Shown piece after piece: positions 12,101 to 24,586 of a DNA stretch of 64,000 nt. How positions within the stretch are numbered: the first letter of the stretch is position 1; every line of letters begins with the position of its first letter. A program made the position numbers and the translations under genes. The stretch is taken from NCBI GenBank assembly GCA_024704765.1, contig JAKMXF010000111.1, positions 450,619 to 514,618 of the forward strand, given 5' to 3'. The notes beneath the pieces are model-generated. The model was given only the letters and a program-made list of their open reading frames with translations, ran no database searches and had not been told where the DNA came from. Source of the DNA: Oopsacas minuta. Its lineage: Eukaryota; Animalia; Porifera.

Positions 12101-13915
12101 AATTTAGTTTCGAATGTATTTACCCTAAAAAGCACGAAGCTTTGTTGTTGTTTTGTTAGAGATTTGATTAGCCAACTTAAACCAATCAAATACTTGCCAA
12201 CCATCCAATGGAATAGATGGGAAAGTTCGAATTTGTAAAATTTTCAGTAAATTTGAAGGGAAAAAATCGTATAATTTGCATAAAATAATAAAAATCAGGT
12301 TTTCTAGGAAAACAGTTACAAGGGGTCAAATTATTCTTAGTAACAGCAGGTGCGGACAGCGCAGGCACGTTTGTATACTCGAAGTTGCTGCGAAATTTCT
12401 CCCTTAATATTTGCATATTTATTTCGCAATACTCATTTAGCACATCAATTTGGAGAGAGGATCGATCTAACTAATTACAATAGATTAGAAGCAAATTCTA
12501 TTCTGACTAGCAACACAGATCTCTACTGCATAAATGGTGTAGCTACCTGGAGCTACACAGACCTAGCTGGTATTTGTGAACCTAAAAGTGGTACAATTGA
12601 TGCCACGGGAGCTAGTGTATTGTCAGCTGGGTTAGACAATCCAGGTTACTACAGCTGTGAAGTGATACAAGATGACGTCAGCAATACATATACTGTAGCT
12701 GTTCTGGATACAACTCTGTTACAAGGTTAGAAATTCTCACCTTAATTAAATATCTGAATCGATCTATCTATCCTATTTAGTAATTGAGACATCGGAATCT
12801 TACCAATACACAATTGGAGTTGACAATGAAGATATATTTCTATTCTGTCACAAACCTGACAACTCAATTTCATCTTCTGACATCGTTTGGATGAAGAATG
12901 ACTCATTTGCTCGTTTTAAGAATCCTCTAGATGTATTTGCAGTTGGAAATCTGTTTAAATACACAGACACCTATCTTATAGAATGTCTAGATCAAACCAG
13001 TGAAAATATTTTGAGTGCTGAGATCTCGATGCAAGGTTTGTTATATAGAATTTCACAAAACTATACTTACTGTCACTTTATAATAATTGCTGTCACTCCA
13101 CAGGGCCACCTGTCATAAGCGTGGATACAGGGACAGTACGATCATTCGAGTCTCTCACTTCTGGCGGAAACACAGCTTATATTATCGAGGAGACACGGAA
13201 TGTAGTTATGACAGCCAATCTTGTTGGAAAGTGGCAGAGACCTGATGATACTCATGTTTCTGACAATTCAATTACTTTCTTATCATTTGATGAATCAGAC
13301 GTAGGCGTATACAAGTTCTATGTAACAGATTGGTACAATGAACAGAAGCTAGCTATTCAAATCCAACTCTCTCTTTCAGGTGAGTACTGTTAATGAAGAT
13401 ATTTAGTTAGCATTCATTTATGTGTTTGTATTTGTTCTCTAGCAACCTACCTACAGTCAGTAACAGATCTATCAACTGCAACATCCAGTGAAAGCTCCAT
13501 CCTTGTTACCTGGAGTTTGTTATCAGAACAGACTACCCTCTCTGATGAGAAATTCTCAATTTACTACGGATACGAAGATGTAGAATATTTCGCTGGTACA
13601 ACTGACAAACTCTACTTCAACATTAATGGATTAACTCTGAACTTCAACTATACTATCCGTGTAGATCTACAGTTCGCATATTCTACAGAAACATATTCAG
13701 AGACTGTTCATCATTTCCTAATAATTCCAGATATCACTGAGCCTACAACAATCCTCCAATTATTCACAAATAATGTTTATGCTCAAGAAGGTGTCTTAAT
13801 CGCAGTAATAGTATTCTTATTGCTCGTTATTGCTGCGATTTTAGCTGTTGCAATAATAGCAGTGTTCTGTATCAAGAGATATCTTACTAGGAATTCGGAT
13901 AAAAGTCAAATCTGA
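3175..13915 (+). CDS. Large type I membrane receptor: CTL - Ig - Ig - CTL - 6x(IgA-IgB-IgC) - FN3 - TM - short tail; 5' exon(s) not identified; two apparent 1-nt deletions
   Basis: 23 exons, all introns phase 1: 3175-3627, 3692-3981, 4154-4456, 5006-5434, 5551-5861, 5932-6171, 6240-6515, 6595-6882, 7347-7586, 7906-8166, 8322-8618, 8700-8933, 9274-9543, 9603-9860, 10023-10268, 10427-10696, 11091-11393, 11454-11702, 11806-12072, 12441-12725, 12781-13035, 13104-13379, 13443-13915. CTL motifs CWIGFND, WVDDS, QPN, WYDISC. Ig-like motifs TLYC...W...GYYSCEV. TM segment VLIAVIVFLLLVIAAILAVAIIAVFCI. Confidence 0.85.
4531..4649. mobile_element. MITE of the caaggttgaaacc-TIR family (intronic copy)
   Basis: Ends caatgttgcaac ... 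gtttcaaccttg, with internal gtattcggtattcgg. Related copies at 26025-26146, 39472-39553 and 40501-40837. Confidence 0.5.
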
Positions 13916-14299
13916 TAATTACAAGACTAACTCCCTCTCTGACTGTTAATCTACTAATCCTATTTACTCTCCTATACTCATAAACTCTTTAACTTTCTTT
14001 CTGTTTTCTTGTAAGTATTAGTTTCCCCAATCTGTTAGCTGTTGTTGTACGGTAGAAACTCGTTAATACGAATTTCCAGATAAGACATACAAACAATAGT
14101 CGGTATTGCTGTCTGTTGATATTCGTATTAACGATGTTACACTGTTTAGTAGTTTGTGATATTTTGAATTTTTGGAATATGTTTAATTAAAAAGATTCAG
14201 TAATCAACAATTGAAAATCAGAAATATACATAAAGTCTCAAAAAGATAGCAAAACATTGCAAATAAACAAATATTTACACAAATATAATAAATGTAAAG

Positions 14300-15994
14300 T
14301 TAGAACAAAATTTTACTTAAGTAAAATGAATTCTTTTCCAAAACAGAATCAGCAAAACAAACTTTCTTTTCTCCAACAAAATATCCAATATAGTAAGCCC
14401 TATGTATCAAATCACCAATAAGCCAATCAAATCCTGCCCCCTCTTGTCCAATGAAGCCCGTGGTACAATACTCTCCCTCTTTGGAGATGATATATATAGA
14501 AGGAGGGATTATTAATTCCTTTGTTCCAGCGAACTTAAATGGCACATCTGGGAGATTATTTGGATCACAATTTGGTATCAGATATCCATCCTCTGTTTGC
14601 ACAGCACCTAAAGCATGTATGGAATGTGAATAGATATGATTTTAACACTTTCAATAACCTCACCTACGGGGCGTGTCCAGAGGCTAAATCCTCCAATATG
14701 GTGTGAACCCCTATCTCCACACTATCAGTGTGGTTATAACTTACCGATTAATTCATTAATTGCTTCAATATTCTGTTTAGGTCCATACACTAGACTAGTG
14801 CCTGAATCAATGATGGCATAACATCTGTCCTTATGACATTTTGTAACTCCACTACCTATGATTTCTATCTTGTAGTAGCTTGCCTCCACGATGGGGCTAC
14901 AGGATAGATCCCCTGTGTACCGACTGGAGTCCAGCTCCCCAAAACTCACTTCTGCTCCATCTGACCCCTCGATAGACCCTGTCCAGATCCCAAATACTGG
15001 ATTCAACAGTCCTTGATCTACTGCGTTTATAAATGTTGGCTTTCCATAAGAAGAAAGTGCTGTAAATGCTAACCCTAGAAAATTAGATGTTATTTACTTG
15101 TTTGTTTGTTTGTTTGTTTGTGTATTTATTTATTTATTTATTAACCTTGTATCCCACTAGCCTGAGGAGGATTCTCATAGACTTCAATCCCTACTCCAAC
15201 TTCCTGATTACTCACAATTACTTCTGACATAATTACACTATCCCTAACGACATAACCATTTACTCCACCTTTCCCATACGTGATTTGAAAGGGTTGGCTC
15301 ATATTCTCAGAGGTGCTACTCTTCTTTGGTTCGTATTTGTTAGGCCCGCACGAAGCTTGTCTACATTCTACACCAGACACCCATAGATCAGAGGACCCTG
15401 TATCATATATCACCTATAGTTTCAGTTCCAATTAAGCTAGTTGTATTATACATTCAATTTGCAATTTTTGGTGATGTAACTTCAATTGGGCTGATTCCTG
15501 CAATATATATTTTGCATGAAAACAGACATTCTCGAATTGTTAAAGAGAAATCGAATCTCAGCATAGTTGACCAAATTCTAGAATAATGGATAATAATGTG
15601 ATTTATACAAGTCTAGACATGTCAAAATCTTATACTTCGAGATGATCATAGACGTATAACTTATTAGACAACTGTACTATTACATCTATAGCTCTTCCCA
15701 ATACGGCGTATGCTTAATAAAATTAAAAAAAAGGATACACAAACTTACTTGAAAAGTTTGAGCCGGTGTTCCTACCTGAATAGGCCCATAATACATCAAA
15801 TTATGAGAATCTGTTTCTGGGACTTCATTCCCTGAGTTTCCATATTTGACACTAATCCTAGCGGCCTCTAATCTCAACTCAGTGATTAGTTCTTGTTTGG
15901 AAAACTCGTGAAAAGATTTAACTCTTTTCAAAGTTATCAATTTAGTTGTTACAGCTGTTAATAGTAGTAATGTTATGTATAATGACAGGTTCAT
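14300..15994 (-). CDS. Pepsin-family (A1) aspartic protease, cathepsin D/E-like, copy 2 (~383 aa)
   Basis: Exons 15994-15749, 15413-15146, 15074-14745, 14607-14300 join in frame. Signal peptide MNLSLYITLLLLTAV; YYGPIQVGTPAQ; catalytic motifs DTGSS and DSGTS; WLIGD. Confidence 0.9.
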
Positions 15995-16202
15995 CTTGAC
16001 CAATTAAACTGCTAGGTGTAATAATAGGCACAAATATCAAAAATATTTACCCACAATTTGGACTGAGGTATGGATTGACACTTTCAATGAAAAGTTGCAA
16101 ATAATAAAATTGGATAAATAATAGATATAATACAATAGTTCGTATAAAAAAGACCCTAATCAAACTAGTCAAAAGAATGGTAATTACTCGAAAAGAAAAG
16201 AA

Positions 16203-18342
16203 TTACTTTTTGAGGTCGCAGAAGGTAACTATTTCATCCTTCATGTTGAATATAGTTGGAAATTGTCCAATAAACACGTCCCCAAGTATCCACGCAGGAT
16301 TATTCTCGCCCAAATCCATCCCGTGAAACCCACTAATGCACTCGTTTCCAAACTTTAGGATATAGAAGTCAGGGTCAAGAGCTTTTACATTATTTTGTAA
16401 TTGGAATATGATGGGAGGGAGAGAGGAGATGGTACTGCAATTTACGATGTAGAGGCCTCCAGGTACCGCCTTGCCCTCTGTTAAATAGAAATATGCATAT
16501 AATTACACGAGTAGAACCCTGCAAATTGATTGGATAACGATTGCGAGCTCTCTTTCAAAGACAGCTGTCAGAATATAGTTGAATAAAGTTATGCAAAATT
16601 GACATGTGGTGGCTATGGCAGACAGACAGACAGATAGACAGATAGACAGACAGACAGATAGACAGACAGATAGACAGATAGACAGACAGATAGACTGACA
16701 GACAGACTGACTGACGAACGGACAATCCCCATTAAATAGCATAAATTACTTACTGATAATATTCTCATTGATATCCTTTATAGCAGCAGGAGGTCCAATT
16801 AATAGAGAGGTTCCTGTATCAGCAATTGCAGTACAGTCACTTTTAGAATGGCAGTACTTGGAATTCACGTTATCCATCTGAAAATACCACCACGACTTAT
16901 TAATGAGTTTACTTTGAGTGCATCCGCCGTTGATGTGTGCTGGATCAGTGCCCCCTAGTGATAACACGCCCCCTATATTTGAGTCTAAATCCCTGTTTAG
17001 GTAAAATCCGAATACGGGGTCTTTGATCGTCCCTTGATCCAATAAGGTATTGAATACAGGTGTTATGTGGTTAACTGAAATGGCAACAAATGCGAGACCT
17101 AAAAGTGAAATAAGTTCATTGAATAAATTCACTTTGATATTGTAACCTCATTGGCAGAGAGATGTATTGATATTTATTTTAATTCAATTATATATTTTGT
17201 CATATTCTAACACCTTGGAGCGAATTTCAAATTTACCCAATTGGTATTACTCCGGTTAATACAAACTCAATGTAAAAAAGGGACATTTTGATGGTTCGTT
17301 GGTGTTAGTATTCACGAAGTTACACCGAATAATAGGAATAACAGAACAAAACTCAACCACCAATCAAATCCTAGAGTATAAAACCATACAAAATGAAACT
17401 TACCTAAAATTCCATCTGATTTAAACGCTCCAAATTGAATTGGCGCGTGAGTTACTTCTCCAAACAGCTGTTTTTTTGCTACAAGGTTGCCAGTGAGGTT
17501 CACATTATCTCCTGACACGAATCCAGACACTGTACCTGATCCATATTCTATCTTAAAGTCTGTCCCATTTTTAATGTAAGATGAACTGGCGCCCGAATCG
17601 TATTTATTCTTTTCAAGACAAGCAACCTCAAAAATTTTACATTCTTTGCTGTACACCCATAAGTTACTGGAACCAGTATCTGGAATTACCTAAAGAGATA
17701 ATTGTATTAGAATAAATTCAGATTTGAAGAAAATGGACCAAGCTATTTCCAGACCCCTTTCCCACGTCACATCTTAAATACGCTTGATAACAACTCGAAT
17801 AGCGGGTTTTAATACCGTAATTCTCTGAGTAAGCGTCGGGGACTAGAAAAGACTTGTGAGTAATATTTATTACAACCATCTAGAGGATTTTTTCGGTGGA
17901 ATTTCAGTCTCGATTCGTAATGTAACAAATTTGGATAATTAATTCCCAAAACCTTTTGTATTTTACAAAATCGAAGCAATAATTAGACAAAAAAATTCTC
18001 ACGAAAATAAAAAGGCCGACCTGCTTAATCAGAGCAATAAAGTAGTTGAAACAGTTTACAATGGAAATAGCCAAAATTTCTTACATTGAATTTCTGTGGG
18101 GGAGTTCCAATCTCTATTGGCATTGTATATTGAGCATTATCATAATTTTTTAATGTCACATTACCATCTCCCAAGTATTTCATTCTCAAATACGAAATCT
18201 GTCTATTTGCAAATTCGAGTATAGTTGTATCTTTTAGCAGGTAATGGCGGTCGAGTTTTTGCGTGAAAACTCCATCCCCAATTTGTTCTGAATTTATTAC
18301 AACCACAGCAAGAAGTAGAGAAAGAAATATTAATCCTTTCAT
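16203..18342 (-). CDS. Pepsin-family (A1) aspartic protease, cathepsin D-like, copy 1 (~387 aa)
   Basis: Exons 18342-18085, 17689-17404, 17098-16754, 16477-16203 join in frame. Signal peptide; YDNAQY...IGTPPQ; DTGSSNLWV; YGSG; IADTGTS; WILGDVF. The last exon is absent from the ORF track and was read manually. Confidence 0.92.
16619..16715. repeat. (GACA/GATA)n tetranucleotide microsatellite in intron 3 of the protease gene
   Basis: Visible gacagacagacagatagaca... run. Confidence 0.95.
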
Positions 18343-18448
18343 CTGTCTAATGCAAAAAATAATTAATTAGTGGGTAACGTGGAATGTTTGGTGGTACATT
18401 TGGCGCCTAAATACTCCATACCCAATTGGCAGCTATCCCAGTTTTGGC

Positions 18449-18458
18449 GGGAAATCCC
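18449..18458. promoter_or_regulatory. kappaB-consensus / E2F-like palindrome upstream of aspartic protease copy 1
   Basis: GGGAAATCCC inside tttggcgggaaatcccgcc, about 110 bp upstream of the ATG at 18342 and next to a CCAAT. Motif match only. Confidence 0.2.
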
Positions 18459-19588
18459 GCCTTTTTGGATATGTGCTGAAGTTTGGCCTCTAAATCTGGA
18501 CAAACAAGCTTTGGGAGCTATTTATATGAAATGAAGGTGTATTTATTTTGTAAATATTTATCTGTAAATATCAGTATATTAGCATATTAGTGTTTACTTT
18601 GATTCCTATTTATCCTATTCCTAAGCTACTTTTATCTCATGAGAAGATATGACTCATGTGATTAATCAAGAGGTTTAATCCATTTGTGCTCATGGTCTAA
18701 ATATACATATATCATATTACGTAACATTAATTAAGCTGAATGATGGGAGATTATGATATTTTGTAATATAGCAAGTTAACTGCAATATAGTGTGTGATTT
18801 GTATGATAATATTACATCACTAGGTCTCATGTTTGCAAGGTTTAAACATGTCAACGAATGACCTTTACTGAGCTCTCAACTCTCACGATTTTTGGTCTGT
18901 ACATACAACAAAACCCTTGGTATTTTCTTGGAAAACTAATATTAAATCATATGTCTCACTAATCTCATGATTTTGTGAGTTCCAGGTTGAGAGTACTGCC
19001 TTTATTTCCTATATCATGGCTGTATCTAACTAATCAGATACAAACACCATAACAACAGCGATCGGTTAAAAATGACATTGTTCGCCAATCTAACTGAAAT
19101 TAGAGAGGTAAACGCAATGTCAAAAAAGAATAATTTTTTGATAGAGATATCCGGAATATTAATAAAGGATTTAGAGCGCTAGCTTGGGAACATCACTGGA
19201 TTCTGGACATTAGGTCATCGTATGTAGATGTTAAATATACCACACCTCTACCGACACAATGAAATAAGAGTCCTCGTAAAACTGCACTGATCACTATAAT
19301 TCTCTGTCACATTGGAACTATAATTAAACCATAATTACTAGCAATAGAAAGTCAATTCATCGCATGATAGTCACAGTCCTATCACGCAGAGGTGAATGTT
19401 TATTGCTTCCTAAAGGTCAGCTAAAGGTCAAACAAGCATTCCTTATATAAATGAACGCAGTATATATTTTGTAATCCTATCTACAAACTCTCCAACTTCA
19501 ATCTAGGTAATCTTTCATTACCCTTTCCCCATTTCTCCTTATATGGTCATTTTATTATTTGTCGTTTCTAGAAATAACTCAAAAAGAA

Positions 19589-22500
19589 ATGAGTGGAAAT
19601 AATATAATAAACTTCAGCCCAGGACCATCTAAAATTGCAAAAGATGTTCTAGAAGCTTGCAAGGTAGGTATCGATAACTTTCTGGGATCAGGTCTAAGCG
19701 TAATGGAGATCAGTCATAGAGGCAAGCATTACGCACAACTAAACAAAGAAACAGAAAAGATGGTGCGAGATGTGATGGAAATACCAGATAATTATAAAGT
19801 GCTATTTATAAGTGGAGGGGGGACCGGACAGTTCGCTGGAGTACCCCTGAACCTGATGCGAGGAGATCAACCCAAAGCTGATTACGTCATAACTGGGACA
19901 TGGTCTGCTAAAGCTGCGAAAGAAGCTGAAAAATATTTAAAGGTATTTATTGCTATTTATACTATTCCTCAGAGCCTACTAAACCTTGGATACTCATTGG
20001 TCAAACAATATGTTGTTCTTTCTCGCTTATTAGTACACAAATGCCTAATGGGCTGCGAACCCTAGCTCTTCATTGGTCAAAACAGTCTGTTGTTCTTTCT
20101 AGCTTATACACACATTTTGCTAATCAAAACACACAAATCTAACCAACATAATTTGCAATCTACAAATAATAACAAAATATAATGTAATATACAATAATAA
20201 ATAATAACAAATCATTTTATATATCAGCTGACAATGCATTGAACAAATAGCTGAGACCCATCAGCCTGATTAGACCTATGCCAGCACTTATTCCAATTAG
20301 TATTATTACTAATCTAGTGATGTATAAGCCTATTGGTTTAGATTTACGTTTAAAATAAGGTCTGGCCTCTCTGTCCCATACTTTTTGCCAGGTTTCTGTT
20401 GTCCTGTCTGTTTGAATTTGTCTCTGAAGATTGCTTAATAGTTTGCAATCTTTTGGGAATCCATTTCCTAATTTTATAAGTTTATCACACAACTCATTGC
20501 TTGTTGTGAATACAAATCCATTCTTTGAATCTTGAACAAGTTCTCCTATACACCTGTGGAATAGTTGTCATTATATTCGGTTTTTGTGTCGTGTGTAAGT
20601 TACTGGCAAATTAAGCCAAGCCATTTGTTCCTTGTGTAACATACCTGAACTTCCTCGCTAACACTGGTAAATCCGACCCAAACATATCAACAATCTTCAT
20701 CGGTAAATCTAGTCCAGAAGATGAAGTATGTAGAGATACACCTAAATCAGCTGTAGCTAGTAACTTAGGATAATCCCCTACTTCTAGCCATAAGGTTACT
20801 ATCTCTACTGAAGAGAATTTCAGTTTTGAGATCTCTGATTCGTAGTGCTGTCTCAATGGTCCTTTTCCTATGTTTACAAATTCTGATTTTAAAACTCAAA
20901 TCAACATCTGTGCCAACTCAAATTTACAAAAGTAATTTTTGTTGATTATAGAAATTAGATTATTCTACTAAATATCCGTTTTAGCAAAGAAAGATAAAAT
21001 TGAATTTTACTAATCTTGTTAGACAGAGGTGTCAAAAGGTGTGAAAATATACACATTAGAAATTTCCAAATGTCAGGTGCACAACTAGATGTCACTACGA
21101 GTATACATGCCAAATTTAGTGTCTTAATCTCTTAAGGCGCGAACTGCAGAGCGAAAACAATTTTTGTTACGTTTCTGCAATAATAATTGCATTCCTTTGC
21201 TACGATTTGGTTGCTATACTTACCTGTAATTGCACATACAACATTTGGTAAGTCACTCCTGTTCATTTTAGCGATCTCGTATAATTTTAGTGCTTCTAAT
21301 AGAATTCCAAAGTCCTCATCTTCTGTCCAACTTGTGGAACTTATCAGTAATAAAGGCCTGTCATCCTTATACTTACAAATTCCATTCTCCACCATTGTAA
21401 ACTTGGTTCCTGTTCTATTTTTAGAACCAAATATATCATATTTGTCCGCTAGCGTAGTGAAGAGTTGGTGAGCTATCTTTGGGGGGATTTTACCTTTGAA
21501 TCTTTGAGGGTTCGGCTTATCGTATAAAGTAATAGCCTGTACCCCCCAGAATAGTAACAAATCGTCCCTCATGGCTTGTGTCACACAGAAATTGTTATTA
21601 ATTAAGCGGGCAAATGCGCGTTCATACAAGCGCGCCAATTTCACGATACCATGTGTATCACCTAGCTGTAGACCCATGAGAGTATATCCGTAGTTATGCC
21701 AGTCGACGCAAACCTCCCATCCCCTAATGAGGCCCGTTAGACAAGCGACTAGGAGGGTCGGAATAGCCGGTGGGGACTGCAACAATAAACAGCGACTCTT
21801 ATGGACTCTGTATAGCAACACAAATGTCAGTTGGAATGTTTGGAATGCGAACTTAGCAAAGTATCGTGTAGTACGTGGTAGTGCGTTTATAGAGTTAGGA
21901 AGTGGCATTAGTGGGACGGTTTTCACAAGTTTTGAGGTGTTAATTTGTTCCGGGAGGTCTGATTCTAGGTAGCCAATGAATTGAACCTTTAGTCCCATTG
22001 AAACCAGACAGGCCACATGGTTCTGCATCCTAGGGGAGTGTCCCATATCCCCTAGTACCAGAACTGAAACTATACCCTTGCCAGATTGAGACCATTGAAA
22101 TAACACATAAATAATAATACAAACAACAACAACAGCTATGTAGTAATACATTTTGTGCGTAGAAATAGTGTAATTTCTGTATACATGAATTCTGTGTATA
22201 AATATTATGGTTGTTTTAAATATTTATGTGTGGTTTTTCTTGTAAAGGTAAATCGTGTTTTCCCGCCACTTGATACCTATAACACCGTCCCTGACTTCGA
22301 TAAGTGGACCCTGGACCCCGAGGCTTCTTATGTGTACTATTGTGCAAACGAGACTGTCCATGGAGTGGAGTTTAATGACATTCCTGATACCAAAGGTGTT
22401 CCTATCGTAGCAGACATGTCTTCTAATATTCTAACTCGCAGAGTGGATATTTCAAAATATGGGTGAGTAACAATAGAATTGTTTATTATTATTTGTTGTT

Positions 22501-23311
22501 GTAAACAATTAAATTATTATAGAGTTATCTACGCTGGTGCTCAGAAGAACATGGGGTGTTCTGGTGTTACCCTTGTCATAATCAGAGAGGACTTATTGGC
22601 CTCCCCGTCTCCTTTATGTCCCACATTCATGGAGTACAAAACACAAGCTGCTAATCAATCAATCTACAATACTCCTCCAGTTTGGAATATCTATGTTATG
22701 GGAGAGGTGTTTAGATGGGTACAGAACAGTGGAGGGGTACCTGCTATGGAGAAAATGAGTGAGAAGAAATCCAAAATTATTTACGAGGTAATTAACTGAT
22801 CTTAGCCAATCAGTATGCATTGTCAATAGGTGTTATAAATAAATTATGCGTACTTAGGTAAATACTCGAATCTGATTGGTTCGACACATTTCACGCCCTA
22901 TCTCAGAGATTTGTTAATACATTGTTTGGGTATTGAAATACGTTATAAACCATGCCACTTCACACCTACAAACCAAATTTCAACTTCCAAAATCAACGAA
23001 TTATTGAGTTATACTATTTTCTATTTCAGGTTATTGATAATTCTAAAGGATTCTACTGGAACCCCGTGGATAAGAAATCCCGCTCTCGAATCAATGTTCC
23101 TGTCCGCATGACAGGACCAGATGGTAACCAAGAGATAGAAGCTTTATTCCTGCAACAGGCAGAGGCAAAAGGAATGTTGTCTCTGAAGGGACACCGATCG
23201 GTAGGCGGACTAAGGATATCTCTTTTCAATGCTATCTCGGTTGAAGATACCATAACCCTGAGAGACTTCATGATTCAGTTTAGAGAGGATCAGCTGGATA
23301 TCACTAATTAG
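19589..23311 (+). CDS. PSAT1: Phosphoserine aminotransferase (~371 aa)
   Basis: Exons 19589-19942, 22248-22462, 22523-22787, 23030-23311 join in frame. Motifs [46 protein letters not shown] (PLP lysine), [20 protein letters not shown]. Confidence 0.95.
20217..22151 (-). CDS. ALG1: Chitobiosyldiphosphodolichol beta-mannosyltransferase (~495 aa), nested in PSAT1 intron 1
   Basis: Exons 22151-21224, 20867-20645, 20553-20217 join in frame. Motifs [62 protein letters not shown]. Confidence 0.93.
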
Positions 23312-23704
23312 TTTCAGTTCTATTTTAGAATTTAGTACTTTCTAGCTATTTAGTTAGCACCCTTGAGTTGACTTTATTTCAAAGTTTTTGTTTAGGCTTG
23401 TTATATAGCCTATTTCTATTACTTCAATGATTACACCTTTTGTTGTTTTGTTTACTTGTTGTTTTCAGCATAATTATTCATACGGTAAACTCTCCGTTTT
23501 ATCTCACACGGATATATCGCGAAGTAATTATCACGGTCCCTTAAGCTTCGATATAATGGGAGTTGACAGTATATGTTCTATTCATTTCTGTTTGTGGGTG
23601 AGTTTCACACTTGCACTTGCAAAGAGTCACATTTCGAACATATTATGTGTCGTGCACATCGAACCACCTCAAACACCTTTTGGTACGCCACCCTGGGCCA
23701 CTTC

Positions 23705-24258
23705 CTACCAGTAAACAAATTTTCCGGTAACAATCCATTCAGGTGTTTGCGTGAACTACGGAATTATTAGTGATTGTTATATGAAAGAATAAATAGGACT
23801 TGTTTACTTGGAAAGATATCCAATTACATACATTAAGAATTATTCTCACTGATAATTCAATTATAGAATTGACACTAATTTCCACATAAAATGGCATTGA
23901 TTTGTCTTCACTAGTTATAACCTCAAATTTTTCGTTGATGGTCGTTGTTGGGCCTAAAAACGGATCTATGCGGCCTCTGGGATGGCTGTTACGAAGTAAC
24001 CTATCCCCTGAAATGAGCGTCCCCAATGGGGTAACATAATTCGGAGTGCAACTAGCCACGAGTCGCATGTTCTGTACAACGATATTACCGGAATCTGTCC
24101 TACGAATATTCCGAGTTAGAACACAAAAAACCAACAAAACAAACAATACACACATCATAAGCTGACACAAACAAATCCCTGGCATACGTAAGCACGCAAA
24201 AACAAACCCTCGGACAAAATAAGACGATAGATAATACGAATAAAACTCCCAGACCCAT
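23705..24258 (-). CDS. Small putative secreted protein (~129 aa), no recognised family
   Basis: Exons 24258-24188, 24099-23832, 23755-23705 with canonical GT-AG sites and matching phases. Hydrophobic N-terminus MGLGVLFVLSIVLFC. Lies head-to-head with ADAM10. Confidence 0.55.
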
Positions 24259-24586
24259 AAGGTAACGAACTAATCCCCTAATCCCCTCCCAACTCACAAT
24301 ATAGACATTTCAATGGAATCCAATTTAACGTAGGACAGATTCCAAACTCAGGCGTAGGACAGATTCAGCTTTCCCCTAGTCACCTATGAAGTGTTTGCTC
24401 CCTTCTCTATACTAATCACATTAGTTATATTCCTCTGAAAAACACAATGATTGATAACATTTCACTTCGAAGTTAGTTGCCCCCTGGGGCACACATTACT
24501 TCGGGGATCGGTCACTTACTGACAGAGGTGTAGAGGGTAGATTCTGGCTCATAGTATGAATTCATTTGAACACTTTTCCTATTCGT

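Noticed and set aside
16503-16742. ORF with CLSVCLSI repeats
   Set aside because: It is a translation of the intronic GACA/GATA microsatellite.
14300-18342. Three or more aspartic protease genes, as suggested by seven ORF fragments
   Set aside because: Splice reconstruction accounts for all fragments as two four-exon genes.
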